Source: a virus. From it: 64,000 nucleotides of DNA. This document shows, piece after piece, positions 36,865 to 47,383 of this stretch (position 1 is its first letter; each line of letters opens with the position of its first letter). The stretch lies in IMG/VR virus record IMGVR_UViG_3300020159_001814, positions 13,793 to 77,792 of that record; one strand, 5' to 3'. The notes beneath the pieces were generated by a model. It was not told the DNA's origin. It saw nothing but the letters and a program-made list of their open reading frames with translations, and searched no databases. A program made the translations under genes and the position numbers.

Positions 36865-39113
36865 AATATAAAGTATGTTGAGTCATGAATTGTGTATGCA
36901 CTTGTAGTCCCTGTGTAACTATATATTAAGAATTCACTTGATGTTGTTATACCGGTTAATGATCTAGTGTAAATTTCAAAATCCCTTCTATCTGATGGGT
37001 TATTTAATTTTACAGTATAATAGTAATTATACCTTCCATAATAACCTAAATTATTTGATGATGCTTGGTAAGTAAAACCAGATGTATCAAAATTAAATGT
37101 TTTACCACTTAATGAATTTACTAATGTTGGTGATGTTCCGCTATAAACAATTGTTTCATTTATATATTTTGGTATATATATGTATCCTACTGATGTCGTT
37201 CCTGTTTGTGATGTTGTGCCGCTGCACAGAGCATAAACATAAGCAACAGGATTTGTATATCTAGAACTAACAGTTGTTGTTCCAGTATAATTATTTGTTG
37301 TCCCTGTAGATTGTGTATTAATAGTATTAACAACTGATAATACATTTCCTTGTATACTACAATTAGGGTCATATGTTAAACCATCATAAACCGTCGGCAT
37401 TGTAAATCTTAAAGTATAATCACTACCAGTTATGCCAGTTGTAACAACTGATCCAGTATGTAAAAGGTATTGTTTAACTGTAGACCCATCTGAACCACAT
37501 ATACTGGTACCTGTGGTGGATGGTAGTGACAAATAAAGATATCTGTAATATCTAATATCTGTTGGATCACTTGGAGTCCCGCTCCATGGGCCTGATGAAG
37601 TAGCACAAATACCTGTGGTGGTTGTTGTACCAGTAATTGCCTTTAAATATGAATTATAATATGCGTTAAAATCCGTAAAATCTGTAAACTGAATGTCTAT
37701 TATACCTAATGTTCCTCCACTAATATATTTTTTAAATGTTATTGTTCCTGTGGAGCTAGCAGCACAGATGTCAGGTGTGGTATAATAAGGGTTAGTTGCA
37801 GATGCTTGGATTGTATTTAAATATAAAAAATTACCCACCCCTATTAAATTATTAACACCGGAACCGTACATGCTAACATCATAGTAAGGCACATTATTAC
37901 TTAAGATAAAAGACCCGTCAGTTGCAATATATTTACTAAAATCATCAGCACTTCTACTACAAGCACTAACACTAAATGATACTGTATTGGAATTACATCC
38001 ACCGGTAATTGTTGTGATTGTTGATGCGGAAATTTTATAAGGAAAATTATTTAAAATACAAGTATCTTGTGAAAAACCACTTAAACATGTAAAATAAAAA
38101 TCCCAATTAGTTTCATTGTTAAACTGATTTGGTATGACTTCAATTCTTAAAGAGTCTCCTATGTTTCTAGTTAAACCAGTTAAACATGTCACCTTTTTAA
38201 GGTATGTTGCTTGTGAAATAGTATCGGCACTTTTTGGAAATTTATTTAAACTAAAATCGGATCTAATTAAGTTAGACCCAACTGTTATGTCTTCAATTAA
38301 AAGTTCTTCAGAATATGCGGAACCAATATATGTTAATCTTAATCTATCTTCAACAGCAAATCCTTTAAACTTCCAAGCGAAATAATCAGTAATACCCGTA
38401 AAAAGAAATGTTGCTTCCAAAGCCTGTGGTGTCGATCCAACAGATGCTGATAAAAAATTTACCCTATGTTCATAATATGGGTTATCACTACTATCACCAT
38501 TACCACAAGTAAACGCGTCTACAGTTACTGTTGTTAAATCAAAACATTCTAATTCTGCGGGGATATTACCTGTGCCCCCTGTTTGTGAAAAAGTTAGACC
38601 ACTTAATTTTATTTTATCAATGATAGGTACATATGTACCTGCTTGTGCAAATATAGAACTAGTGCCCGTTAATGGATGCGTAAAAGAATATGGTGTAAAT
38701 TCAGAACCCTTTCCCGAAACATAAACAGGATTTGTAGTATCCCCTGTTTCATACCAAAATATTCTATAATCAGTAATGTTTGATTCGCAAGCACCTGTAA
38801 GGTTACCAGCAACAATTCTACCAACAGTCGATGCACTATAACTACTAAAATCCAATTCACAACTAACACATAAATCATTAGACTGCACAAAAGTATCACA
38901 ATAACACCCTGTCGATATATCTAATATTCTTATTTGTGTTGTTCCGTTGGGTACTTCAATATAATACGGACATTCATTGCCGGTTATTGCTGATAAATTT
39001 ATACTACTTTGTATTGGGGTAGTAAACCCATCATAATCACTATATATATTCATAACCCCACCAAGTGGTGTTGTTCCTGTGTAAGATAAACATGTTACTG
39101 CCGAAAATGACAT
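36861..39113 (-). CDS. Thr/Ser/Gly-rich structural protein
   Basis: 750 aa, beta-rich composition, in tail module. Confidence 0.65.
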   Translation of the reverse strand: MSFSAVTCLSYTGTTPLGGVMNIYSDYDGFTTPIQSSINLSAITGNECPYYIEVPNGTTQIRILDISTGCYCDTFVQSNDLCVSCELDFSSYSASTVGRIVAGNLTGACESNITDYRIFWYETGDTTNPVYVSGKGSEFTPYSFTHPLTGTSSIFAQAGTYVPIIDKIKLSGLTFSQTGGTGNIPAELECFDLTTVTVDAFTCGNGDSSDNPYYEHRVNFLSASVGSTPQALEATFLFTGITDYFAWKFKGFAVEDRLRLTYIGSAYSEELLIEDITVGSNLIRSDFSLNKFPKSADTISQATYLKKVTCLTGLTRNIGDSLRIEVIPNQFNNETNWDFYFTCLSGFSQDTCILNNFPYKISASTITTITGGCNSNTVSFSVSACSRSADDFSKYIATDGSFILSNNVPYYDVSMYGSGVNNLIGVGNFLYLNTIQASATNPYYTTPDICAASSTGTITFKKYISGGTLGIIDIQFTDFTDFNAYYNSYLKAITGTTTTTGICATSSGPWSGTPSDPTDIRYYRYLYLSLPSTTGTSICGSDGSTVKQYLLHTGSVVTTGITGSDYTLRFTMPTVYDGLTYDPNCSIQGNVLSVVNTINTQSTGTTNNYTGTTTVSSRYTNPVAYVYALCSGTTSQTGTTSVGYIYIPKYINETIVYSGTSPTLVNSLSGKTFNFDTSGFTYQASSNNLGYYGRYNYYYTVKLNNPSDRRDFEIYTRSLTGITTSSEFLIYSYTGTTSAYTIHDSTYFIL

Positions 39114-39136
39114 AATTTTATTTTATTAATTTTAGT

Positions 39137-41464
39137 TTATGGGCAAGGTATTTCTTCTATACAACTCACATCATACACTATTGTTAATGATAAATTTACT
39201 TCAACATCCGCCAAAGGATTTGAGTCACCGTCACAAGATGATATGATTTGTAATGTATTGTTAATAGTATCTAATGTGTATGATTCAACATCACTTATAC
39301 CTGATAATATGTTTTCTATTGTTTGTTTCCATAATAAATCTGATGGTACGTCGGTGTTCGTTGATCCAGTATAAAAACTTTCGGTATATGATATTCCACT
39401 TATTTCTAAATTACATATGTATTCCGCAGAATTCAAACTACACCCAGTGTATCCGTCAGTTATGTCAAGATAACCTTCACCCAACATTTCTAAAAACCCT
39501 CTTTTAGCCCCTGTAGTTGTTGTAAATAAATTTTCACATATGTTATAAACACCATAACTACTAACTATATTTGTTAAACAATTAATACTAAAAGGTAATG
39601 TCGCAGTACATCCGTTTGAATCTGTAACAATAACAGTGTATGTTCCGGCAGTAAGTCCTGTCACAGTACTACCTGTTTGTGAACAACAGACATTTTCAGA
39701 CCAATCATATTCAAAGGTTGGTTTACCTTCATATATAACAACCTCCGCAGTTCCGTCATCCCCATTAACACAATCATTTGTTACAATATTTGCAACCAAA
39801 TTACCAGCAGTTGTTACATTAATGTCTTTTTTTACTGAACACCCTTGTTCATCCGTAACCGTAACCGTATATAACCCCTCGGTTAAGTTATTAAAGGTAT
39901 ATGATGTCAAATTAGTATCTAATATTGTTTGACCATCACTTAAAAGGTAGTCTAAAACACCCGTATATCCAGTACCAACATCAATTTTAATAAATCCATT
40001 CGAAGAAAAGCAAGTCGCTCCACTTGTTGTTGCTGTAAAATCAAATTTTTGTACAGAACTAATATTTAAAAATGTACTATATGAACATTCTGTACCTGAT
40101 CCAGAAATACTTAATAGGTATGTATCGTTTGGTAAATTATTAAAAGTGTAATTTTGATTTTGAGATACATTACCATATAATTGATTAGTATTTTGTCCTG
40201 ATAGTGCGTACGCGTAATACCCACTTAACCCTTGTATTTCAACATAAACTGACCCGTTATTAATATCACAATTTGAATTCGTAATGACAGTGTTAACAAC
40301 ATTAAACCCATTTACAGGACTTAAAAACCCACCGAGAATCGTCTCACAAAAATTAGCATCCCTAACAACCACACTATAACCACCACTAGACAAACCAGTT
40401 ATCGAAAACGTGTCAGATAATGTGTATCCTACTTGTGATGTACTTGCCGAATAATAAAAAGGTACAGTTCCACCTGTTAATGTATAATTTAAAGTCCCAT
40501 CAGAAGAAAAACAAGACGGATTATCCGAAGTTAGTAACCCTAAACCTAAAGGTTGTGCCTGCCCTATAGATTCATTTTTTGTTGTCGAGCAACCTAAACT
40601 ATCAGTTACAGTACAAGAATATGTTCCTATTGTTAATCCCGTAATTAATTGTGTTGTTTCACCGTTTGACCATAAGTATGTATACGGACCATTTCCAGTA
40701 ATACCGGTTATGGCTAATTTACCTTTATCTATTACACATGTTGATGTGTTTACTTTCCAGAACCCAAAATCGACACTGGTGCTTGCCGAAACTATGACAT
40801 TTTCTGTGTCTGCAGTTGTTGATCCATAGTCGTATATAGTCGCATAATAAATACCGTCACTTAGATTACTAACCAAATATGGGAAAGTATTTGTGGTGTA
40901 TAACCCATAAAATGAATTATCCCTATAAACAACAATATTATAAGGGCTGGCTGATGATGTTGCACTTAAACTAAAAGAACCGTTATTACCACCACATGTT
41001 GTTCCACTAACATTATATATATTAGCATTAAAACAATTACTGATGTTAACATTAATATATAATTCATTATTTTGTAACCCTAACGTATCATTTAACCTAA
41101 AAACATAAGTACCACCTGTAAGTCCGGTAAAATTAAATGGGCCGTTAGCCGTTTGTCCACTTAAAGTTCCAGGAATAACATTATCCACAGTATAAGGTAG
41201 TGTCCCACCAAAACCATTTATTGTTAAATTACCGTACCCGCTATCACAAATCCCCGTAACTGTGAAATTATAACTTAAAGGTCCGTAATTACAACTATCT
41301 GTACATGCACTTGTTGGTTCTAAGTACACCCCTACGGCCGAACCTGAGTATATTACGTCAACACACACACTTTCAAGGCCAGGTGATAAACCTGTTTGAT
41401 TTAAACCACAACAGTCTATATAATTATAGTACCCACCTAATGTAAAACCTGATACACAAGCCAT
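39137..41464 (-). CDS. Multi-SprB-repeat Cys-rich structural protein
   Basis: Multiple GxxPYxYxW...GLxxGTYxVxVTDxxGC repeats. Confidence 0.8.
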   Translation of the reverse strand: MACVSGFTLGGYYNYIDCCGLNQTGLSPGLESVCVDVIYSGSAVGVYLEPTSACTDSCNYGPLSYNFTVTGICDSGYGNLTINGFGGTLPYTVDNVIPGTLSGQTANGPFNFTGLTGGTYVFRLNDTLGLQNNELYINVNISNCFNANIYNVSGTTCGGNNGSFSLSATSSASPYNIVVYRDNSFYGLYTTNTFPYLVSNLSDGIYYATIYDYGSTTADTENVIVSASTSVDFGFWKVNTSTCVIDKGKLAITGITGNGPYTYLWSNGETTQLITGLTIGTYSCTVTDSLGCSTTKNESIGQAQPLGLGLLTSDNPSCFSSDGTLNYTLTGGTVPFYYSASTSQVGYTLSDTFSITGLSSGGYSVVVRDANFCETILGGFLSPVNGFNVVNTVITNSNCDINNGSVYVEIQGLSGYYAYALSGQNTNQLYGNVSQNQNYTFNNLPNDTYLLSISGSGTECSYSTFLNISSVQKFDFTATTSGATCFSSNGFIKIDVGTGYTGVLDYLLSDGQTILDTNLTSYTFNNLTEGLYTVTVTDEQGCSVKKDINVTTAGNLVANIVTNDCVNGDDGTAEVVIYEGKPTFEYDWSENVCCSQTGSTVTGLTAGTYTVIVTDSNGCTATLPFSINCLTNIVSSYGVYNICENLFTTTTGAKRGFLEMLGEGYLDITDGYTGCSLNSAEYICNLEISGISYTESFYTGSTNTDVPSDLLWKQTIENILSGISDVESYTLDTINNTLQIISSCDGDSNPLADVEVNLSLTIVYDVSCIEEIPCP

Positions 41465-41473
41465 TCTATATTA

Positions 41474-44422
41474 TTAATTACAATTTATTTGTATGTCTAC
41501 ACCTATATTTAGGTATAGTTTTTTATTTGTGAAGTCATCATAACAACTTGAATTACTAATCACTAATTGATTTCCAGAAAAATAATAATTTAATCCGTAG
41601 TTATATAATCCTTCTAATTTGTCGTCTATTGCATTTAAAATTTGTAAATTTGTTGGTGTGTCGTTATTTCCGTACCCAACATAAAATTGTTCCTGCACTA
41701 AAACATCACTATCTAATTTACATTCAACAAACCAAGTTGAAACAATACTTGTTGGATCACATTGGTTTTGATTAAACCCATTATCAGTTATAATTTTAGT
41801 TAACACGTAAGACAAAATTGTTGGTCCATTCGTATTCGGGAAACTACATTTAACCGTTTGGTCTATACAATCATATGCAAATAATTTTCCATCGTATTTA
41901 CATGGTATACAAGAAACAGGGACAAATACACAACCACGTTGTCTTCTCCAAACAAACTTTTGTCTATGAAAGATTGAATTGTCCATTTTTTGGCCTGTTA
42001 ACCAAAGTGTGGTTGCTGGAACAACTTGTTCTAATAGTCTTTGCCAATAATCACCGATACCCAAAGTAAAATCAATCATTTTTTGGTATGTAAACTTATT
42101 TGTTGGTATCCCCACCGTTTCTTCAGATTGAAGGTATCTCCAAAATACAGATTGTAGTGTTGGGTATCCACCTGTTTTACCGTCAAAAATTGTTTGTCTA
42201 TTTCTTACGTTTATAAAATTATTGTAAAATGTTTGAGCAAACTCAAAAAACGTCTTTTCTTTAGGTTTTGGATTAATTGATGTCCAATCGACATTACCAG
42301 GTGCTGGATAAGGTGCCGTTAATGGTGTATTTGGGATTGGGTAATCATATTTCACGGATGTTTCCCAAACATCGTAAGTTATCCCTTGCCCCATATTTAA
42401 ATACATTTCAATGTTTTTAGAATTAATAACTAACCTATCGTTATTAACCTTGTAGTTAACCCCATTAAAATTTTTATCGTTAGACCTATTACCTATCATT
42501 TCAGATGGCCAAGATTTTTGGTTATCCGAAGTTTTAGTTAATGTGTATCCAACATTAATCATCCCATCAAAACTTCTATACTTATTCATGTAATCCTGAC
42601 CAAAAGTATTTGTTTTAATCTTTGATGTAATAAAGGGGTTTGTATTATTAAAAGATGAATTTTTTAAATCTATTTCTTCTTCAGACCTATGTTGTGGTGT
42701 TTGTTCAAACCATCCAGACCCCTTTTGAAAAAAGTTACCTTCTGTTGCTCTTGGTGATTTAGGGTATCCAAAATTATCAATACCATAATCTTCTAAATTA
42801 TTTGTTATTCTTTTTATTGCCGAAATGTTTGTATATCCCGTATATTGTAAACCTTGTATATTAAACGTATTGTCGGGGTCAAAAGTTGCTATATTTAATT
42901 CAACGGTACCACCCGAAATACAAGCATATTGTTCTTCAAATTTGTTAATGTTTATCGGGGCATCCGCTATATAAACAATTTCATTAAATTCAACAAGAGC
43001 ATCAGGAGCCCCAATCATTCTCATAATGTATTCTAAAGAATGTCTTGTACCCTTACTTTTAAACATGTAAGAAGCGTTCAAAATTAGATTTCTATAGTAT
43101 TGGAAATCCAACTCTAAAGGGGTGTCCGATTTTTCTATACCCGGATAGGTTTTCTTACTTGATGTGTTAAAAACAGAACCTAACAAACTTTCATTAGAAA
43201 TTTTTGATATATTTGTATTAATCCCTAAAGTAAGTGCTAAATTCTTTAATAACTGTGATGGTATATCGTTCCCAACATCATAATTAACGGAATTCATATA
43301 CGCCAATGAATCAATAAACTTTTTTGTTTCATCAAAACTTCTACCATATATTTGTAATACTTTTTCCATTCTTTGGTCTACAGTATCGAAATCTTTAAAA
43401 GAACCTGTGGTAAGAAATCTTGATATTAAATTTGTTTTGGTTGCGTCCATATTTTCAGCAACATCATTTAAATCTTTTAAGTATACATCAAAAGAATTAC
43501 TTGATATATCAATATTCCAAGGATCACCTAACGGCCAAGATATTGTTTTTTCATATTCAATTAACCTACCATCATTGTCAAAATATTGGTATTTGAAATT
43601 AGCACTGTATTTTGGTGTTGTATTTCTATTTAAAAGAAATTTTTCAACCTCATCAAAATCTTCGTTAAATACTTTTTCAATAGTTTCATCGTTTAATCTA
43701 ATTAACAAAGTTTCAGACCATGTCGGTTGTGATTGAAATGGATTTCCTTTAACGGTAAAAAATAAAGTCCCGTCATTTAATGTTTTTGTTGGTTCAAAGT
43801 CTGTAATTTCATAAGATTCATTAGGTGATACATATATTGAGTACTTTTCAAAATTACCTGTAAAATTTCTATACTTACTTAGTGGTATCGTACTGGTTTC
43901 TATTGATCTTTTTGCGTTTTTAGTATAATCAATACCTAATGGGTTTTTAATTTGATCCGCATTTATTTCAAAACTTGTTTCATCCCTTATTTGGTCGTAT
44001 TCAATATTAAAGGCTGTATTTGCAACATATGAACCAACTTTTACTTTATTAATTAGTAAACCAGCGGGGAAATTATTAATAACATTAACAACAGCCACCG
44101 AAATTCTTTTTTGTAAAGAACCGTAAGTAGTAAAACTAGTGATCTGTGAAAAATCAAAATTAGGATAAACTTTAAAGTTTTGTTGGACTATCGCTTTAAG
44201 ACTGTCAATACTTTGGATGTTTAAACTATCTAAACTTACAGGATCAGAAAATACCCCTAAATCAAAATTTCTATTCGATTTATCACCTATGTTTGGCGTA
44301 AACTCAAACACACCTGTTGTTAATCCACCACCCTTAACCAACTGTAAACCAACTAAGTCGTCTGAAAATGTTTCAGACCCTACTGGCGGTGCTGGTGGGT
44401 AAAAATATTTTTTCTTTGCCAT
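41474..44422 (-). CDS. Large structural (baseplate/tail) protein
   Basis: 982 aa; FKSKGTRHSLEYIMRMIG resembles phage tail/baseplate-wedge KGT motif. Confidence 0.6.
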   Translation of the reverse strand: MAKKKYFYPPAPPVGSETFSDDLVGLQLVKGGGLTTGVFEFTPNIGDKSNRNFDLGVFSDPVSLDSLNIQSIDSLKAIVQQNFKVYPNFDFSQITSFTTYGSLQKRISVAVVNVINNFPAGLLINKVKVGSYVANTAFNIEYDQIRDETSFEINADQIKNPLGIDYTKNAKRSIETSTIPLSKYRNFTGNFEKYSIYVSPNESYEITDFEPTKTLNDGTLFFTVKGNPFQSQPTWSETLLIRLNDETIEKVFNEDFDEVEKFLLNRNTTPKYSANFKYQYFDNDGRLIEYEKTISWPLGDPWNIDISSNSFDVYLKDLNDVAENMDATKTNLISRFLTTGSFKDFDTVDQRMEKVLQIYGRSFDETKKFIDSLAYMNSVNYDVGNDIPSQLLKNLALTLGINTNISKISNESLLGSVFNTSSKKTYPGIEKSDTPLELDFQYYRNLILNASYMFKSKGTRHSLEYIMRMIGAPDALVEFNEIVYIADAPININKFEEQYACISGGTVELNIATFDPDNTFNIQGLQYTGYTNISAIKRITNNLEDYGIDNFGYPKSPRATEGNFFQKGSGWFEQTPQHRSEEEIDLKNSSFNNTNPFITSKIKTNTFGQDYMNKYRSFDGMINVGYTLTKTSDNQKSWPSEMIGNRSNDKNFNGVNYKVNNDRLVINSKNIEMYLNMGQGITYDVWETSVKYDYPIPNTPLTAPYPAPGNVDWTSINPKPKEKTFFEFAQTFYNNFINVRNRQTIFDGKTGGYPTLQSVFWRYLQSEETVGIPTNKFTYQKMIDFTLGIGDYWQRLLEQVVPATTLWLTGQKMDNSIFHRQKFVWRRQRGCVFVPVSCIPCKYDGKLFAYDCIDQTVKCSFPNTNGPTILSYVLTKIITDNGFNQNQCDPTSIVSTWFVECKLDSDVLVQEQFYVGYGNNDTPTNLQILNAIDDKLEGLYNYGLNYYFSGNQLVISNSSCYDDFTNKKLYLNIGVDIQINCN

Positions 44423-44424
44423 TA

Positions 44425-45333
44425 TTAACTAATAATATTTGTAAAGTTTTTACTAAAATCTATGTTGTTATTTCTATCTTGTCTTACTTCATAAAGTAAT
44501 TCATTAAAGCTATCCCTAACTTCAAATAAATTATATTGTCTGTAAATATTACCACCACTATCATAAATTGTGTAAATCCCGTCTTCAATGCTTTTTGTTT
44601 GATTACCATACAATGCCAACGCAATCGTATCCAAATCATGTTCAGCCATTTGAATGTCTATTGTCATTGGGTTAAAAAAAGTGTTTGTTATAATAATACT
44701 TTGATTTGGTTGACCAATGAATGGAGTTGCGTTTGGTTTATTTGTTGGTGATGCTGATGGTGTAAGTGTACAAAAAATTAAATCACTTCCTGTTTCAACA
44801 TATCTATATCTAATCGCCTTTTGTGTTGTGTTTGATTGTTCAGTTAAAATTGGTTCACAATAAAAAGATGATGTTACAATTCTATAAAAATTAGGTATTT
44901 TAGTACCGTCAGAATTTAAATATTCAACCCTAAATCCAACCAAACCTTGATTAACGAATTTACTTCTATATTCACTTGGTACCGCATTAATATCTATTAC
45001 AATACCTTTTACGTTTGGTAACGCCGATAAAACCCCACAATCAGATATTGTTGTTCTAATTTCTGCAGGTCTTATATACAGTGTGTATATTCCTAACTTA
45101 TTAAATTCAGATGCTGGAAGTTTAAGATTGTACAAACCACCAAGGATTTCAACATCAGTTTTACCACCAGTATTATCGTTATGAAAATATGGGGTTAAAA
45201 TACTTCTAGTATTTAATTTTTTCATTATAAAGTTTTGGGTCACATCCCTAGACTCCGTATAATGTAAAATTATTTCAACATCTTCTGGTGAAACATCTGC
45301 GGGTCTTACAATTCCATATGTGCCAAGTGCCAT
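44425..45333 (-). CDS. Structural protein (putative)
   Basis: 302 aa in tail module; TATTTATA upstream. Confidence 0.65.
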   Translation of the reverse strand: MALGTYGIVRPADVSPEDVEIILHYTESRDVTQNFIMKKLNTRSILTPYFHNDNTGGKTDVEILGGLYNLKLPASEFNKLGIYTLYIRPAEIRTTISDCGVLSALPNVKGIVIDINAVPSEYRSKFVNQGLVGFRVEYLNSDGTKIPNFYRIVTSSFYCEPILTEQSNTTQKAIRYRYVETGSDLIFCTLTPSASPTNKPNATPFIGQPNQSIIITNTFFNPMTIDIQMAEHDLDTIALALYGNQTKSIEDGIYTIYDSGGNIYRQYNLFEVRDSFNELLYEVRQDRNNNIDFSKNFTNIIS

Positions 45334-45368
45334 TTTCTTTTATTTTATAAATAGGTTTATATTAAATT

Positions 45369-46541
45369 TTATAAATCGTTTGGTGTATTTATTTTATAAT
45401 ATCCGTATCCATATCTTACTAAATCACCGATATTATCAACCTCACCTAACCTTTGTAAATTTTCAAATGCTGAATATTTTCCTCTTTGGATATATACGTC
45501 AGTTATTATTTCAGGAGCCATCACCATATCCATTAATAACTCGTCTTTTGTTATTTTTTCGGCACCTATAGTATTTGATGTTAAACCTGAACTTTCTATA
45601 ATATACAAAGTATTTCCATTATTTAAATCATAATATGAAACACCGTTTATTGTGTATGCAGTATAATCGGTATTAATGTCCGTTACTTGTCCGTATGGTT
45701 GGTTATTTTTAAATACAGTATTAAGGTTATATTTAGTCGGCCCCCACCTTCTTAGGTCCTGTAATCTTGATTTTGTATATCCACTAATTTGATATGGTAC
45801 GGGTATAAAATTACTTGTTACTTGACTTTGTACGTTATTTTCGGAATCACCTGTAAAGATATAATCGTATGTTACAGGAATCCCTGACCAACTACCCCCT
45901 TGTGGTATAAAAGTCACAGTACCGAATGGGTTTGATATTGTTACCCCTGTCATTGGTAAATAAACGTCTCTTTTTATGATGGTTTGACCAAACATGTTAC
46001 TACCAGATAAGGTTATTGTATATGTACTTGGGGTATTAGGGTATGTGTGTGATATTATTTGACTATTCAATGGTTGTTGTGATGTTCCGTCGCCCCAATC
46101 AACAAAATAGTTACTTTCGGATAAATATGATACCATTATGTCACCCGAAGTATTATATAAATTTATTTCATAATTATTAAATGGTGCACCACTATAAACA
46201 AAATTAGTTATAATATCTTTTTGTAATAAAAACCCATCAAATTCCGAATAATAACCAATATCGTTTGTTGATTCTAAAAGCAATATAGGTAACGTAAGTC
46301 CTGTAAATATTGAGTTTCTAACGTCACATCTACAAATTATACATGTGTTATTATCACAATTACAAGTTCCTCCGCTTAATATATAAGTCATACCAGAATA
46401 GTAACTTAACGACCAATCAGTCAATACGCTATCAGTATTACCACAATTTATTTGATCAGAATAACCTGAAAACGGTACCGTTATCAAGTCATTTTTTAAT
46501 ACTTCAGGTGATATTCTATATGATAAATTATATGATTTCAT
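45369..46541 (-). CDS. Structural protein with PKD-like domain
   Basis: YFVDWGDG...SHTY...YTITL. Confidence 0.65.
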   Translation of the reverse strand: MKSYNLSYRISPEVLKNDLITVPFSGYSDQINCGNTDSVLTDWSLSYYSGMTYILSGGTCNCDNNTCIICRCDVRNSIFTGLTLPILLLESTNDIGYYSEFDGFLLQKDIITNFVYSGAPFNNYEINLYNTSGDIMVSYLSESNYFVDWGDGTSQQPLNSQIISHTYPNTPSTYTITLSGSNMFGQTIIKRDVYLPMTGVTISNPFGTVTFIPQGGSWSGIPVTYDYIFTGDSENNVQSQVTSNFIPVPYQISGYTKSRLQDLRRWGPTKYNLNTVFKNNQPYGQVTDINTDYTAYTINGVSYYDLNNGNTLYIIESSGLTSNTIGAEKITKDELLMDMVMAPEIITDVYIQRGKYSAFENLQRLGEVDNIGDLVRYGYGYYKINTPNDL

Positions 46542-47383
46542 TATGGGTTTACGTATTCATACCATTTTATGGGATTTAAATTATCCCCAACTCTTGTTAG
46601 ATTCCCTAATTGGTCTTCTAAATAAACCTTATATTCATAATCATTAAAATCAAATTTAACTTTATAATAAAAAAGTAACGATTTATTAAAATTAAACTTG
46701 TTTGATGTAAAAAACGGATCGGATTGTGGTTTATTCATCATTCTTAAAAAACTTCCAGTCTTACCATTAAAAAATTTAGCACTCATATAAAATTCAGTGT
46801 TTGTTATTACTTTTGGTTCTTTTAACCAATAGATAAAAAACCCTTCTTTATCGGCACCTAAATAATCTAAAATAAATTTTGGTTTTTTAACGTCAACCTG
46901 AGTCGGATTTAAAGGTGGTCCTATTAATCCAGGTTCTTTTAATCCTTGTTGTACGGGAATTATTACACTAATGAATGCTCGTCCATTTTCATTTGAATTT
47001 GTGTCATAAAAATCTAATTTAAAGAAGCTCCCTTTGAATGAATTAGAAAAAAAGTAAATTTCTTTGTCTGTAAAAGTGGCGTATTGATAGTCGTCTAACC
47101 ACGATGTTGGATTATTTATAGATTGCGTTGAATCGAAGAAATTAAATTGGTAATGAATTTCTGTTTTAAATGGGTTATTATCCCATGGTGCATGCATGAA
47201 TCTTGTTGTTTCAAAATCATCAATTGGGTTAATGACCTTGTCAATAGTTTCTTTTTCATACCTATCAATAGCGTCTTCCCTTCCTGTTAAATCAAAGCTT
47301 AACTCAACAGGAATATTCATGTAAGTATCCTTTTGTAAAGGTTTTAAACTAAATCTGTAATAGTTATTATTCACAGTCATCAA
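46541..47383 (-). CDS. Structural protein (putative)
   Basis: 280-aa coupled ORF in baseplate operon. Confidence 0.6.
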   Translation of the reverse strand: MMTVNNNYYRFSLKPLQKDTYMNIPVELSFDLTGREDAIDRYEKETIDKVINPIDDFETTRFMHAPWDNNPFKTEIHYQFNFFDSTQSINNPTSWLDDYQYATFTDKEIYFFSNSFKGSFFKLDFYDTNSNENGRAFISVIIPVQQGLKEPGLIGPPLNPTQVDVKKPKFILDYLGADKEGFFIYWLKEPKVITNTEFYMSAKFFNGKTGSFLRMMNKPQSDPFFTSNKFNFNKSLLFYYKVKFDFNDYEYKVYLEDQLGNLTRVGDNLNPIKWYEYVNP

